DNA of 64,000 nucleotides from an uncultured Actinomycetes bacterium (GTDB taxonomy: Bacteria; Actinomycetota; Acidimicrobiia; IMCC26256; DASPTH01): contig CAVRZT010000002.1 of NCBI GenBank assembly GCA_963725775.1, positions 89,640 to 153,639 on the forward strand, written 5' to 3'. The notes beneath the pieces were generated by a model. It did not search any database. It was not told the origin of the DNA and saw only the letters and a list, made by a program, of their open reading frames with translations. Made by a program: the position numbers and the translations under genes. Shown in pieces: positions 37,534-48,372 of this stretch. Every line of letters starts with the position of its first letter. Within the stretch, counting starts at the first letter, position 1.

Positions 37534-38509
37534 GTGAAGTACGTGAAGCTCGGCCGGACCGGTCTCGACGTCTCGCGGATCTGCCTGGGGTGCATGAGCT
37601 ACGGCGAGGCCACGCGTGGGTCGCACCCGTGGGCGCTCGACGAGGACAGCGTCGCGTCCGTTCTTCCGCCAAGCCCTGGATGCCGGGATCAACTTCTTCG
37701 ACACCGCGAACGTGTACTCGGCGGGCACCAGCGAGGAGTTCCTCGGTCGCGCGCTCGCCGACCTCGGCGCGCCCCGCGACGAGCTGGTGGTCGCGACCAA
37801 GGTGAACGGCCCGATGCGCAAGGGCCCGAACAGCATCGGGCTGTCACGCAAGGCGATCCTCGCCGAGGTCGACCACAGCTTGCGCCGGCTCGGTACCGAC
37901 TACATCGACTTGTACCAGATCCACCGCCTCGACCGGCGCACGCCGATGGAGGAGATGCTCGAAGCGTTGCACGACGTCGTCAAGGCGGGGAAGGTCCGGT
38001 ACCTCGGCGCGTCATCGATGTGGGCGTGGGAGTTCGCCAAGGCGCAGCATCTCGCCGAGGCGCACGGCTGGACGAAGTTCGTGAGCATGCAGGACCACTA
38101 CAACCTCCTGTATCGCGAGGAGGAGCGCGAGATGCTGCCGCTGTGCGCCGACCAGGGCGTCGGCGTCATCCCGTGGAGCCCGTTGGCGCGTGGTCGCCTG
38201 GCGCGTCCGTGGGACGAGACCACCAATCGGTCGGGCAGCGACGCGTTCGGCTCGACGCTGTACGTTGAGGCCAGCGATCGGCCGGTCGTCGACGCGGTCG
38301 CCGAGGTCGCGGGCGAGCGGGGGGTGCCGATGGCCCAGGTCGCGACGGCCTGGATGCTCTCCAAGCCGGTGATCACCGCGCCGATCATCGGCGCGACCAA
38401 GCCGCACCACATCGACGACGCGGTGGCCGCGGTCGATCTCGTGCTCACCGAGCAGGAAGTCGACCGCCTCGAAGCGCCGTACCAACCCCACACGGTCGCC
38501 GGGTTCTGA
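37534..38509 (+). pseudogene. aldo/keto reductase, one frame switch
   Basis: GTG 37534 is preceded by AAGGGAG 6 nt upstream. VKYVKLGRTGLDVSRICLGCMSYG..ALDEDS|SRPFFRQALDAGINFFDTANVYS.. shows a switch near 37650. The rest of the gene is intact. Confidence 0.82.
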
Positions 38510-38534
38510 GTCGTGAGGCCCGGCCCGGGATCGG

Positions 38535-40467
38535 TCAGTCGAGCTCGGTCGCGGCCCCGGCGAACTGGCTGTTGTAGAGCTTGGCGTAGGCGCCGTCGCG
38601 CTCGAGCAGCTCCTCGTGGTTGCCCTGCTCGACGATCGCGCCGCCTTCCATCACCAGGATGGTGTCGGCGTCGCGGATGGTCGACAGCCGGTGCGCGATC
38701 ACGAAGCTCGTGCGGTTGGAACGCAGCGCGGCCATCGCCTTCTGGATGAGCACCTCGGTGCGCGTGTCGACCGAGCTGGTCGCCTCGTCGAGGATGAGGA
38801 TCGTCGGGTTGGCGAGGAAGGCGCGGGCGATGGTGAGCAGCTGCTTCTCGCCGGCCGACACGCTGGTGCCCTCGTCGTCGACGACGGTGTCGTAGCCGTC
38901 GGGGAGCGAACGGACGAAGTGGTCGACGTGGGTGGCCTTGGCCGCTTCGACGATCTGCTCCTCGGTGGCGTCGGGGTTGCCGAAGGCGATGTTCTCGCGG
39001 ATGGTGCCCTCGAACAGCCAGGTGTCCTGGAGCACCATGCCGACGTTGGCCCGGAGGTCGTGGCGACGCATCTCGGCGACGTCCATGCCGTCGAGCGAGA
39101 TGACACCGTCGTCGAGCTCGTAGAACCGCATGACCAGGTTGACCAGCGTGGTCTTCCCTGCGCCGGTGGGTCCGACGATGGCGACGGTCGCGCCGGGTTC
39201 GGCGACGCAGGGACAGGTCCTCGATGAGCGGCCGCGACGGGTCGTACGAGAAGTGCACGCCGGAGAACTCGATGCGACCCTGGGGCTCGTCGTCGGTGAG
39301 CGGTTCGGCGGGGTCGGGGCTCTGCTCGTCGACGTCGAGCAGCTCGAAGACCCGCTCCAGCGACGCGATGCCCGACTGCAGCACGTTGGCCATCGAGGCC
39401 AGCTGCGTGAGGGGCTGGGTGAACTGGCGGGAGTACTGGATGAACGCCTGGATGTCGCCGATGCTCATCTGGCCGGACGAGACGCGTAGCCCGCCGATGA
39501 CCGCGATGGCGAGGAAGTTCAGGTTGCCGAGGAACATCATGGCCGGCTGGATGGTCCCCGAGATGAACTGCGCGCCGAAGCTCGACTGGTAGAGCTCCTC
39601 GTTCTGCTCGTCGAACGTGCGCTGCACTTCGTCCTGTTGTCCGAAGACGCGCACCAGCGCGTGCCCGGTGAATGCCTCCTCGACCTGCGCGTTCAGCGTG
39701 CCGGTGAAGCGCCACTGCGCGATGAACTTCTTCTTCGAGCGCGCGGTGATCAGCTTCATCACCACGAGTGAGACGGGCACGGTGATCAGCGTGATTGTCG
39801 CCAGCAGCGGGGAGATCGAGATCATCATGATCACGACGCCGATGATCGTCAGCGTCGAGGTCAGCATCATGCTGAGCGTCTGCTGGAGGCTCTGCGCGAC
39901 GTTGTCGATGTCGTTGGTGACCCGGCTCAGGAGGTCGCCCCGCGGCTGGCTGTCGACGTAGGCGAGGGGAAGGCGGTTGAGCTTGTCCTCGACGTCGCTG
40001 CGCAGCTTCGACATGGATCGCTGCACGGTGCCGGCGAGGATGAAGCTCTGGGTGTAGGAGAGGAGGCCGGCGGCGACGTAGATCAGCAGCGCCTGCAGCA
40101 GCACCATGTGCAGGTCGGCGAAGTCGATGCCCTGCGGGCTCTGGATGCCGGCGACGACGATGTTGGTGGCGTGGCCGAGGATGCGAGGACCGATGACGGT
40201 CAGCGTCACGCTGACGACCGCGAACAGGAGCACCGCGGCGATGCGCAACCGCTCGGGTGCGAGGCGATGCAGGAGACGGCGGACCACGCTCTTGAAGTTC
40301 TCCGACCGCTCGACCGGCATCCCGACGCCGAAGCGGGTGCCCGCGTTCACCGCGACCCGCTGACCCGCTTCGGGGATCTCCTCTTCGGCCTTCTTCTTGC
40401 GGCCCTTCCCGTTCGGCGACGCGCCGTTCCCGTGGGTCCCGTTGCCGCCCGCGCCGTTGGTGGTCAT
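38535..40467 (-). pseudogene. ABC transporter permease/ATP-binding protein (exporter half), one frame switch
   Basis: ATG 40467 is preceded by GGAG 8 nt upstream. The TMD is intact. The switch near 39205 lies just before Walker A (..PLIEDLSL|[20 protein letters not shown]..). The signature SAGEKQ and Walker [10 protein letters not shown] are present. Confidence 0.85.
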
Positions 40468-40522
40468 GCGACCGTCTCCATTGGGCATTCGCTACTCGCC
40501 GGGATACCCGGCTCGCTCACGC

Positions 40523-42256
40523 TCATGCCACTTCCTCGGCGACGAACTGCGACTCGACGATCTCCTGGTACGTCGGGCAGGACTCGAGCAGGTCGCGGTG
40601 CGTGCCGAGGCCGACGATGCGGCCTTCTTCGAGCACGAGGATCTGGTCGGCCCGCACGATCGTGGACACCCGCTGGGCGACGATCACCGTCACCGCGTCG
40701 CGGGTGACCGGGGCCAGTGCGGCGCGCAGACGGGCGTCGGTGGCGAGGTCGAGCGCGGAGAACGAGTCGTCGAACAGGTAGATGGCCGGCTTGTGGGCGA
40801 GGGCACGCGCGATGGCGAGGCGCTGGCGCTGGCCGCCGGAGACGTTGGTGCCGCCCTGGGTGATGGGGGACTCCAGCTGATCGGGCTTGGCCTCCACGAA
40901 GTCGCGGGCCTGCGCGACCTCGAGCGCCTCCCACACCTCGGCGTCGGTGGCGTCCTGGTTGCCGAAGCGCACGTTGCTGCCGATGGTGCCCGAGAACAGG
41001 AACGGCTTCTGGGGCACGAACCCGATGAGCCGCTCGAGGAGCTGCTTGTCGAGGTCGCGGACGTCGACGCCACCGATCAGCACCTCACCGGAGGTGACGT
41101 CGAACAGCCGCGCGACGACGTTGAGCAGGGCGGTCTTCCCCGAGCCGGTGCTGCCGATGACGGCGAGGGTCTGGCCGGCGTCGACCCGGAAGTTGATGTC
41201 GCGCAGCACGGGCTGCTCGGCGCCCGGGAACGCGAACTCGGCGTGGCGCAGCTCGAGCGACGCGGCGCCGGGCAGTTCGGAGATGCCGTCGACGGGGGCC
41301 ACCACCGACGTCGAGGTCCGGAGCACCTCCTCGATGCGCCCGGCGCACACCGACGCGCGAGGACCCATCATGAACACCCACGTGCCCATCATGACGGCCA
41401 TCAGGATCTGGATGAGGTAGCTCAGGAAGGCGACGAGCGAACCGACCTGCATCTGGCCCGCGTTGATGCGGTCGGCGCCGAACCACACCGCGGCAACGCT
41501 CGAGATGTTGATGGTGAGCAGCACGGCGGGGAACATCACGGCCATCATCCGGCCGGTCTTGAGTGAGGTCTCGGTGAGGTCGGCGTTGGCCGTGCCGAAG
41601 CGGGCCGCTTCGTCGGGCTCGCGCACGAAGGCGCGGACGACGCGCATGCCGCTGATCTGCTCGCGCAGCACCTGGTTCACCCGGTCGATGCGGTCCTGCA
41701 TCTTGGTGAACTGCGGGTGCATCCGGAGCGCGACCTGGCCCACGCTCAAAAGCAGGATCGGGATGGCGACCACGAGGATCAACGAGAGCGGTCCGTCCTC
41801 GCGGATGGCGAAGAACAGGCCGCCGATGATCATGATCGGCGCGGTGACGAACAGCGTGCAGGTCATCAACACGAAGACCTGCACCTGGGTGACGTCGTTG
41901 GTGATGCGCGTGATCAGCGACGGTGCGCCGAACTGGCCCACCTCGCGTGCCGAATAGCCCATCACGGTGTGGAACAGGTCGCGGCGGACGTCGCGCCCGA
42001 ACCCCATGGCCGAGCGTGCGCCGTAGAACGTCGCCGCGATCGCGAAGACCACCTGGATGAACGTGACGCCGAGCATCACGGCCCCGACGTCCCAGATGTA
42101 GCTGGTTGGGCCCTTGTTCACGATGTTGTCGATGATGTCGGCGTTCAGGGTCGGGAGGGTCAACGTCGCGAAGGACTGGATCGTCTGGAAGACGACGACG
42201 AGGATGAGCCACTTCCGGTACTTGAACAGGTAGTCGCGGATGAGCCGGATCAGCAC
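40523..42256 (-). CDS. ABC transporter permease/ATP-binding protein (exporter half)
   Basis: 577 aa with a GTG start. It has Walker A GSTGSGKT, signature SGGQRQ and Walker B YLFDDSFS. It pairs with 38535-40467 as a heterodimer. Confidence 0.9.
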   Translation of the reverse strand: MLIRLIRDYLFKYRKWLILVVVFQTIQSFATLTLPTLNADIIDNIVNKGPTSYIWDVGAVMLGVTFIQVVFAIAATFYGARSAMGFGRDVRRDLFHTVMGYSAREVGQFGAPSLITRITNDVTQVQVFVLMTCTLFVTAPIMIIGGLFFAIREDGPLSLILVVAIPILLLSVGQVALRMHPQFTKMQDRIDRVNQVLREQISGMRVVRAFVREPDEAARFGTANADLTETSLKTGRMMAVMFPAVLLTINISSVAAVWFGADRINAGQMQVGSLVAFLSYLIQILMAVMMGTWVFMMGPRASVCAGRIEEVLRTSTSVVAPVDGISELPGAASLELRHAEFAFPGAEQPVLRDINFRVDAGQTLAVIGSTGSGKTALLNVVARLFDVTSGEVLIGGVDVRDLDKQLLERLIGFVPQKPFLFSGTIGSNVRFGNQDATDAEVWEALEVAQARDFVEAKPDQLESPITQGGTNVSGGQRQRLAIARALAHKPAIYLFDDSFSALDLATDARLRAALAPVTRDAVTVIVAQRVSTIVRADQILVLEEGRIVGLGTHRDLLESCPTYQEIVESQFVAEEVA

Positions 42257-42840
42257 GACGGCTCACCGGGTTCCGCGCGGCGGATGCCGTCGAGCAAGAC
42301 CGCGACGATCTCGTGGGAGGTGAGCGGCCCCTCGCGCCCGAATGCCGGGTGCACGCACGCGAACGTGAGGCCGCGCAGGATGCGAGCGGCGTCGGTCGGC
42401 GCGCGGGTCAGGTGCTCGGCGTCGGATTCGAAGATCGCGATCAACGACGGGAGATCGGCGCTGCGCGTCTGCGACGTGCCCCGGGTCGTGCCCGACGCCG
42501 CGCTGAGCACGTGGAACACGTAGAGCACGCGCTGGCGCAGGATCTCGACCGCCGCGATCAGACGCTCCTCGAACGGCAGGGAGTCGTCGATGCCGGCGAT
42601 CGCCGCGTCCGTCGGCGCCGGGTCGAGCGCGGCCTCCATGACCGCGTCGAGCAACTCGGTCTTGTCGGCGAAGACCCGGAAGATCGTGCCTTCGGCGATG
42701 CCCGCCGCCTGGGCGACCTCCCGCGTGGTGACGGCGCCGCCCTGCTCCAGGAAGAGGGGGAGGGTGGCGGCGACGATCGCGGAGCGGCGCTCCTCGAGCG
42801 GCAGCGCCGCGGCTCGTACCCGTCCCTGGACCTCGGTCAT
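42250..42840 (-). CDS. TetR/AcrR family transcriptional regulator
   Basis: 196 aa. The HTH region is TTREVAQAAGIAEGTIFRVFADKTEL. It overlaps the ABC gene start by 7 nt. Confidence 0.87.
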   Translation of the reverse strand: MTEVQGRVRAAALPLEERRSAIVAATLPLFLEQGGAVTTREVAQAAGIAEGTIFRVFADKTELLDAVMEAALDPAPTDAAIAGIDDSLPFEERLIAAVEILRQRVLYVFHVLSAASGTTRGTSQTRSADLPSLIAIFESDAEHLTRAPTDAARILRGLTFACVHPAFGREGPLTSHEIVAVLLDGIRRAEPGEPSC

Positions 42841-42857
42841 CAGCCGTCAGCATAGCC

Positions 42858-42875
42858 TGAGTGAGGACTCACTCA
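42858..42875. promoter_or_regulatory. perfect 18-bp palindrome, candidate TetR operator
   Basis: TGAGTGAG-GA-CTCACTCA. All 8 arm positions pair. It lies 18 nt upstream of the TetR start and is divergent from the VOC gene. Confidence 0.45.
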
Positions 42876-42992
42876 CTCATCGTCTTCGGTGGAGATCCCT
42901 CCCGCGGGCCGGACGTGGCAGGGTTCGGGCCATGAAACCGTCGATTCCGCTTCGCCGTCCCGCCCTCCGGGCACGGCTGCGCTGCATCTCCA

Positions 42993-43874
42993 ATGGCTGA
43001 CGTGCGCTGGATGTTCCATGCCACCGCGATGGGTGCCGACTACGACGCGATCCTGGAGCCCCTGGCCCGGCTCTTCGGGGCCCGGGTGCTGCACCGCCAG
43101 CAGCTCGAGGAGCCGGTCGGGCGCGACGGCGGCATGGTGTGGATCGGTGACAACGCGATCGAGATCGGCGCGCCCTACGGCGAAGGGTCGTCGGTGGCGG
43201 CGTTCGTCGAGCGCTTCGGCGGCGGGATGCACTCGGTCGCGGTCCAGGTCGACGACCTGGCGGTCACCCTCGCGCGGCTCGACCCGCTGGGAGTGGAGGT
43301 GGCGGCGCGCATCGGGCCCGACATCGTGTTCACGCGACCCGGCGCGACCGCGGGCCTCGTGCTCGAGTGGGGGAGCCACGTGCAGGAGGACGATCCGCGC
43401 TTCGGCGCGCCGATCCTGCCGTTCCTCCAACCACCGGTCATCGCCATCGAACGCATGGCGTTCGTCGCCGCGTTGGTGCGCGACCCGGCCGCGGACGCGC
43501 GACGCCTCGCCGAGGTGTTCGACACCGCGCTGGTGGAGTACGGCGACGCCGGCGAGCTCGGACCCGACGTGCCGTTCGCGGCGCTCGATCTCGGCGACTG
43601 CATGCTGGCGTTGTATCCGCTGCCGCCGAACGAGACGGTGAGCCACGCGGTGTGGGGTGGGAACCACGAACGCCCGCGCTGCATCGCCTTGGCGCTGTCG
43701 GTCGCCGACCAGGGCGTCGCCGAGCGCGCGCTCGCGGCCGAGGGGGTGGGGGTGCTCCACCGAGCCGGCGACGGCCGCTTCGTGCTCGACCCCGGCGCGT
43801 TGCCGTTTCCCGTCGTGCTCACCGAGCGGTTGCTCCCCGGCGATCCCCGCAGCCCGCGGTCAGAGGAGAACTGA
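42993..43874 (+). CDS. VOC (glyoxalase/bleomycin resistance/dioxygenase) family protein, two-domain
   Basis: 293 aa (MADVRWMFHATAMG..GGMHSVAVQVDDL..). The family call comes from overall pattern and is of moderate certainty. Confidence 0.7.
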   Translation: MADVRWMFHATAMGADYDAILEPLARLFGARVLHRQQLEEPVGRDGGMVWIGDNAIEIGAPYGEGSSVAAFVERFGGGMHSVAVQVDDLAVTLARLDPLGVEVAARIGPDIVFTRPGATAGLVLEWGSHVQEDDPRFGAPILPFLQPPVIAIERMAFVAALVRDPAADARRLAEVFDTALVEYGDAGELGPDVPFAALDLGDCMLALYPLPPNETVSHAVWGGNHERPRCIALALSVADQGVAERALAAEGVGVLHRAGDGRFVLDPGALPFPVVLTERLLPGDPRSPRSEEN

Positions 43875-44524
43875 TGGCAGATCGGAACGAACGGGTGAGG
43901 GGGCTCGTGCAGCCCGCGACCACCGCGGTGCTCACGATGGAGCTCCAGAACGGCGTGGTCGGCGAGGGCGGGATGCTCGGCGCGCTGGTCGAGGAGCTGG
44001 AGCGCGCGGGCACGCTCGAGGTGGTGCGCCGGCTCTGTGACGCCGGGCGCGACGTCGGCGTCCGCGTCGTGCACTGCACCGCGGTGTCGCGTGCCGACGG
44101 TGCGGGCTCGACCGCCAACTGCAAGATCTTCTCGCTGGCGGCGCGTCAACGTCGCGAGCAGGGTTACGGCGCCACCGACGTCGGGACGCAGGGCGCGGAG
44201 GTCATCGCCGCGCTCGAGGACCCGCGCGACATCGTCGTCCCGCGGCTGCACGGCATGACCCCGTTCACGTCGACGTCGCTCGACCAGATCCTGCGCAACC
44301 TGGGGATCCGTACCGTGATCGCCACCGGCGTGTCGGTGAACCTCGGGGTGACAGGGATGGCCCTGTCGGCCCTCGACCTCGGCTACCAGGTCGTGATCCC
44401 GCGCGACGCGGTGGCCGGCGTGCCCCGTGAGTACGCCGACGCCGTGCTCGACAACTCGCTGTCGCTCATCGCCACCCTCACCACGAGCGACGAGATCCTC
44501 GCGGCCTGGGCCGATCCGGCCTGA
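43874..44524 (+). CDS. isochorismatase/cysteine hydrolase family protein
   Basis: 216 aa from ATG 43874, which overlaps the upstream stop (TGATG). GAGGAG lies upstream. Motifs include ..VVPRLHGMTPF.. and ..IATGVSVNLGV... Confidence 0.8.
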   Translation: MADRNERVRGLVQPATTAVLTMELQNGVVGEGGMLGALVEELERAGTLEVVRRLCDAGRDVGVRVVHCTAVSRADGAGSTANCKIFSLAARQRREQGYGATDVGTQGAEVIAALEDPRDIVVPRLHGMTPFTSTSLDQILRNLGIRTVIATGVSVNLGVTGMALSALDLGYQVVIPRDAVAGVPREYADAVLDNSLSLIATLTTSDEILAAWADPA

Positions 44525-44571
44525 CGCCGGCCCGGCGCATGATCGGCGGCGTTCCGGGGTAGCCCCCGAGG

Positions 44572-44958
44572 ATGGAACCAACTGTCTCGGCGCGCACTCC
44601 GATGAGCTCGACCGTCCGCCGTCTGGACCATGGCCTCGCGCACTCGGCCGCCACCGGGATCATCGGCATGATCGTCGGCGGCTTCGTCGTCGCCCTCGCC
44701 CTGGCGGGGTTCCCGGAATCGTGGGAGGTCGCGTTCTCGACCTTCGCCGCCGCGCTGACCCTCGTGATGGTGTTCGTGCTGCATCACGCGCAGCATCGCG
44801 AGCAGGCGGCCACCCAGCTGAAGCTCGACGAGCTCGTGCGGGCGATGCCGCAGGCCGACGACCGCTACGTCCACGTGCAGGCTGCTGACGATGACGAGCT
44901 CCGCGAGATGGAGCAGCAGCACATCGAGCACCACCAGGCGACGCGCGCGGGTTCGTAG
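44572..44958 (+). CDS. low-affinity iron permease family protein
   Basis: 128 aa with two TM helices, then ..HHAQHREQAATQLKLDELV... Confidence 0.75.
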   Translation: MEPTVSARTPMSSTVRRLDHGLAHSAATGIIGMIVGGFVVALALAGFPESWEVAFSTFAAALTLVMVFVLHHAQHREQAATQLKLDELVRAMPQADDRYVHVQAADDDELREMEQQHIEHHQATRAGS

Positions 44959-44983
44959 ACGCGCCTCGCCGAGCGCGGGTGGG

Positions 44984-46093
44984 TCAGGGTGCGAGGCGCA
45001 GCGCGACCACTGCGGCGTCGTCGGCGTTCGGTACGTCGCGCAGCAGATCGAGCATCAGGTGCTCGCACAGCGCGTCGGGCGCGCTCGGTCCGGATTCGCA
45101 GCTCGTGAGCAACCGCTCGAGGCTGACGGTGATCGACTCGGAGCGCCGTTCGAGGATCCCGTCGGTCACCGCGACGAGCGTGGTCTGGTCGTCGAGCACG
45201 AGCCGCCGACGCTCGTAGTGCTCACCGAGGCCGAGGGGTGGGTCGGCGCGTTCGTCGACGAGCACGCACGCCGACGGGCTGCAGAGCACAGGCGGGAAGT
45301 GCCCGGCGAGCGCGTACTCGAAGCATCCCGACCGGGGATCGAGCGTGCCGTAGAGCGCGGTGATCATGGTGTCGGGCGCGAACACGCGCACGAGCTCGCT
45401 GAGTTGTGACAACACCTCGGTCGGATCGTCGTGGAGGTACGCGAGCGAGCGGAGACCGAACCGCACGTGCGCCATCTCCGCCACGGCCGCGAGCCCGTGG
45501 CCGGCGACGTCGCCGATGGCCACACCCAGGCGATCGCCCTTGAGCGGGATGAACGCGTACCAGTCGCCACCGATCGCCGAACCAGGGGCGCCCTCGTACC
45601 GGGCGGCGAAGTCGACGCCGGGAACCTCGGGCAGCCGGTTGGGGAGCAGCGCAACCTGCATGCTCTGGATCAGACGGTGGTCCGCCGCCACGCGCCGGGC
45701 CAGCGCGGCCTGACGCTCCTCGCGCTCGGTGACGTCGAGCACGACGCCGATGGTGCCGGTCGGCACACCGGTGTCGTCGGTGAGCACGCGCCCGCGGCAT
45801 TCGAGCCAGCGGATCGTCCCGTCGGGCCATTCCGCGCGATGGAGGAGGACGTAGGGACCGGGGTCGGCCAGCGCCCGCTCCACGCGGTCGATGCATTCGG
45901 CGCGGTCGTCGGGATGGAGCGCCGCCATCCAGTCCTCGAACGTGCCCCCGAAACCGCCGGGGGCCATGCCGTGCATCTCCTCGAGCCGGGTGTCCCACAC
46001 GGTGGTGCCGCTGGCGATGTCCCAGGTCCACGTCCCGAGGTGCGCGGCTTCGAGGGCGAGCTCGAGCCGTTCGTGTTCCGCTCGATCGTCCAC
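44984..46093 (-). CDS. PAS domain-containing PP2C/SpoIIE-family serine phosphatase
   Basis: 369 aa from GTG 46093, preceded by GGGAG 6 nt upstream. It has a PAS region (..LGTWTWDIASGTTVWD..) and a PP2C region (..GGDWYAF..IGDVAGHG..TDGILE..). Confidence 0.82.
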   Translation of the reverse strand: MDDRAEHERLELALEAAHLGTWTWDIASGTTVWDTRLEEMHGMAPGGFGGTFEDWMAALHPDDRAECIDRVERALADPGPYVLLHRAEWPDGTIRWLECRGRVLTDDTGVPTGTIGVVLDVTEREERQAALARRVAADHRLIQSMQVALLPNRLPEVPGVDFAARYEGAPGSAIGGDWYAFIPLKGDRLGVAIGDVAGHGLAAVAEMAHVRFGLRSLAYLHDDPTEVLSQLSELVRVFAPDTMITALYGTLDPRSGCFEYALAGHFPPVLCSPSACVLVDERADPPLGLGEHYERRRLVLDDQTTLVAVTDGILERRSESITVSLERLLTSCESGPSAPDALCEHLMLDLLRDVPNADDAAVVALRLAP

Positions 46094-46202
46094 GCCGTGC
46101 TCCCGACTCGCCTGGTACCCGCCGGGTGACGAATCGGCCCGGGACCGACATGATCCCAGACACCTGACCGCTCGACCCACTCGGGTGCGGTGTACTGGAG
46201 GG

Positions 46203-47536
46203 GTGATCGAAGCCTCCCGCCGTCGACCCTTCCGCGGGCTCCTGCGCAGCCTGCGGCGCTCGCGTGGCCTGGTGGTTGCTCCCGACCTCCCCCCGGGCGA
46301 CGTGGCGCGGGTGGTGAAGGCGATCGAGGAGGCGCTCGCCCAGCGCGAGACCACGGCCCAGCGGGCGGCCGCCGAGCGGCTGGTCGCCGCCTACGCCGGA
46401 CTCGACCTCGACGGCCGGCGTCGGTTCCTCGCGCGCGGTGGCCGGTGAGTTCGGCGCCGATCCGGCCGTCGTCGACCGTGCCGTCGACCGCTTCCGGGTG
46501 GCGCGCGACGGGCCCGAGCGTCTCGCGGCCGAACGCGAGCTGCGGCGCGCGGTGATCCCGCGGTACGCGGCGTGGCTGCACGTGATCACGGGCCTGCCCC
46601 AGGGCGTCGGGTTCCTGATCGAGCTGCGCGCCGACGTCATCGCCGTGCGCGGCGACGATCCCGCCCTCGGGTTGCTGCACGACGAGCTCACCGGCCACCT
46701 GTCGACGTTGTTCGACGTCGGGCTGCTCGAGCTGCGTCAGATCACGTGGGACTCGCCTGCATCGGTGCTCGACCGGCTCATGGCGACGGAAGCGGTGCAC
46801 GCCATCTCCGGCTGGGACGACCTTCGCCACCGCCTCGACGGCGACCAACGGTGCTACGGCTTCTTCCACCCGGCGCTGGTGAACGAGCCCATCGTGTTCG
46901 TCGAGATCGCGCTGACCCACGGCCTCGCCGACAACCTGCCCGAGCTGCTCAACCGCGAAGACGCGGTCGACGGTGCCGACACCGCGATCTTCTACTCGAT
47001 CACGTCGTGCCAGCCCGGCCTCGCCGGCGTGCACCTGGGCAACGAGCTCATCAAGCAGGTGGTCGACGAGCTGCGGCGCGACGACGACCACCTCAAGACG
47101 TTCGCCACGCTGTCGCCCCTGCCCGGTCTCCGGGCCTGGGTCGTCGCACAGCTCGACGCCGACGCGCTCACGCCCGCCGAGGCCGAAGCCCTCGGTCCCG
47201 ACGGACGCGAGACGCTGCAGCTCGGAGGCACCGCGGATGGCGAACTGACGCGGACTGCGCTGCTGTCCCTCGGGCGCGCGCTACCTGACGACCACGCGCG
47301 AGGGTCGGGCGATCGACCCGGTCGCCAACTTCCACCTGTCGAACGGCGCGTCGCTGGAACGCGTCAACTGGATGGCCAACCCGGCGCCCTACGGCCTCGA
47401 GGAGTCGTTCGGCCTCATGGTCAACTATCGCTACGACCGGTCGAAGATCGCGGCCAACGCCGCTGCGTACCTGGCCGACGGCACCGTCAGCGCGTCCAAT
47501 CAGGTGAAGGGCCTGGTGAAGACCACCAAGCTCTAG
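46203..47536 (+). pseudogene. malonyl-CoA decarboxylase, two frame switches
   Basis: ..LDLDGRRRFLA|VAGEFGADPAVVD.. shows a switch near 46435. ..TALLSLG|ARYLTTTREGRAIDPVANFHLSNGASLERVNWMAN.. shows a switch near 47278. The core FYSITSCQPGLAGVHLGNELIK is present. Stop is TAG 47534-47536. The start is uncertain (GTG 46203 or 46185). Confidence 0.78.
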
Positions 47537-47547
47537 TCTGCGCCGTC

Positions 47548-48297
47548 ATGGAGCAGCCCACGGGGAAACTGCGGGACACGCGCGCGCTCGTCGTGGGCGC
47601 ATCATCGGGCGTCGGCCAGGGGATCGCACGTGAGCTCAGCGCCGCCGGCGCGCGCGTGGTGCTTGCCGCGCGGAGGCTCGACCGCTTGGAGCAGGCCGCG
47701 GCGGAGTTCGTGGGGCCTGCGGTCTGCGTACGGTGCGACGTCACCGAGCCGGACGCCGCGACCTCGGTGGTGGCCCAGGCCGTCGACGCGCTCGGCGGGC
47801 TCGACGTCGTCGTGTACGCGTCGGGTACCACTGCGTTTTCGACCATCGAGGCCGCGACCGCCGAGGAGTGGTCGACCACCTTCGACACCAACGTGATCGG
47901 AGCCGCGCTGGTGCTCGGTGCCGCGGTCCCGCACCGGCGTGAGTCGGAAGGTCATGCGATCTATCTCTCGTCGGTGTCGGCGCGTTTCCACTCACCGTGG
48001 CGCGGGCTCGGGCTCTACGTCGCGAGCAAGCGCGCCGCCGAGGCGATCCTCGAGTCACTCCGCCTCGAAGCACCCGAGGTCGCGTTCACGACGCTGGTCG
48101 TCGGTCCGACGGTGTCGGAGTTCGGCCTCGACCAGGGCGACTCCATGGTCGCGTTCGCGCCCGAGTGGTTCGAGCTCGGCCAGGTCGGTGAGCGGATGCT
48201 CGAGCCGGCCGACCACGGCACCGCGGTCGTCAGCCTGTTGGCGATGGATCGCCGCGTGCTCGTCTCCGAATTGGTGATCGAGCCGCGCCGCACCTGA
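47548..48297 (+). CDS. SDR family oxidoreductase
   Basis: 249 aa from ATG 47548 (MEQPTGKLRDTRALVVGASSGVG..YVASKRA..). Confidence 0.86.
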   Translation: MEQPTGKLRDTRALVVGASSGVGQGIARELSAAGARVVLAARRLDRLEQAAAEFVGPAVCVRCDVTEPDAATSVVAQAVDALGGLDVVVYASGTTAFSTIEAATAEEWSTTFDTNVIGAALVLGAAVPHRRESEGHAIYLSSVSARFHSPWRGLGLYVASKRAAEAILESLRLEAPEVAFTTLVVGPTVSEFGLDQGDSMVAFAPEWFELGQVGERMLEPADHGTAVVSLLAMDRRVLVSELVIEPRRT

Positions 48298-48372
48298 CGC
48301 CGAGCGCGTTGGCGCCCGCCCTCGACGAGCGGCCATCCTTTCCGACGACCGGCACCAGGGGGAACCGAGCGG

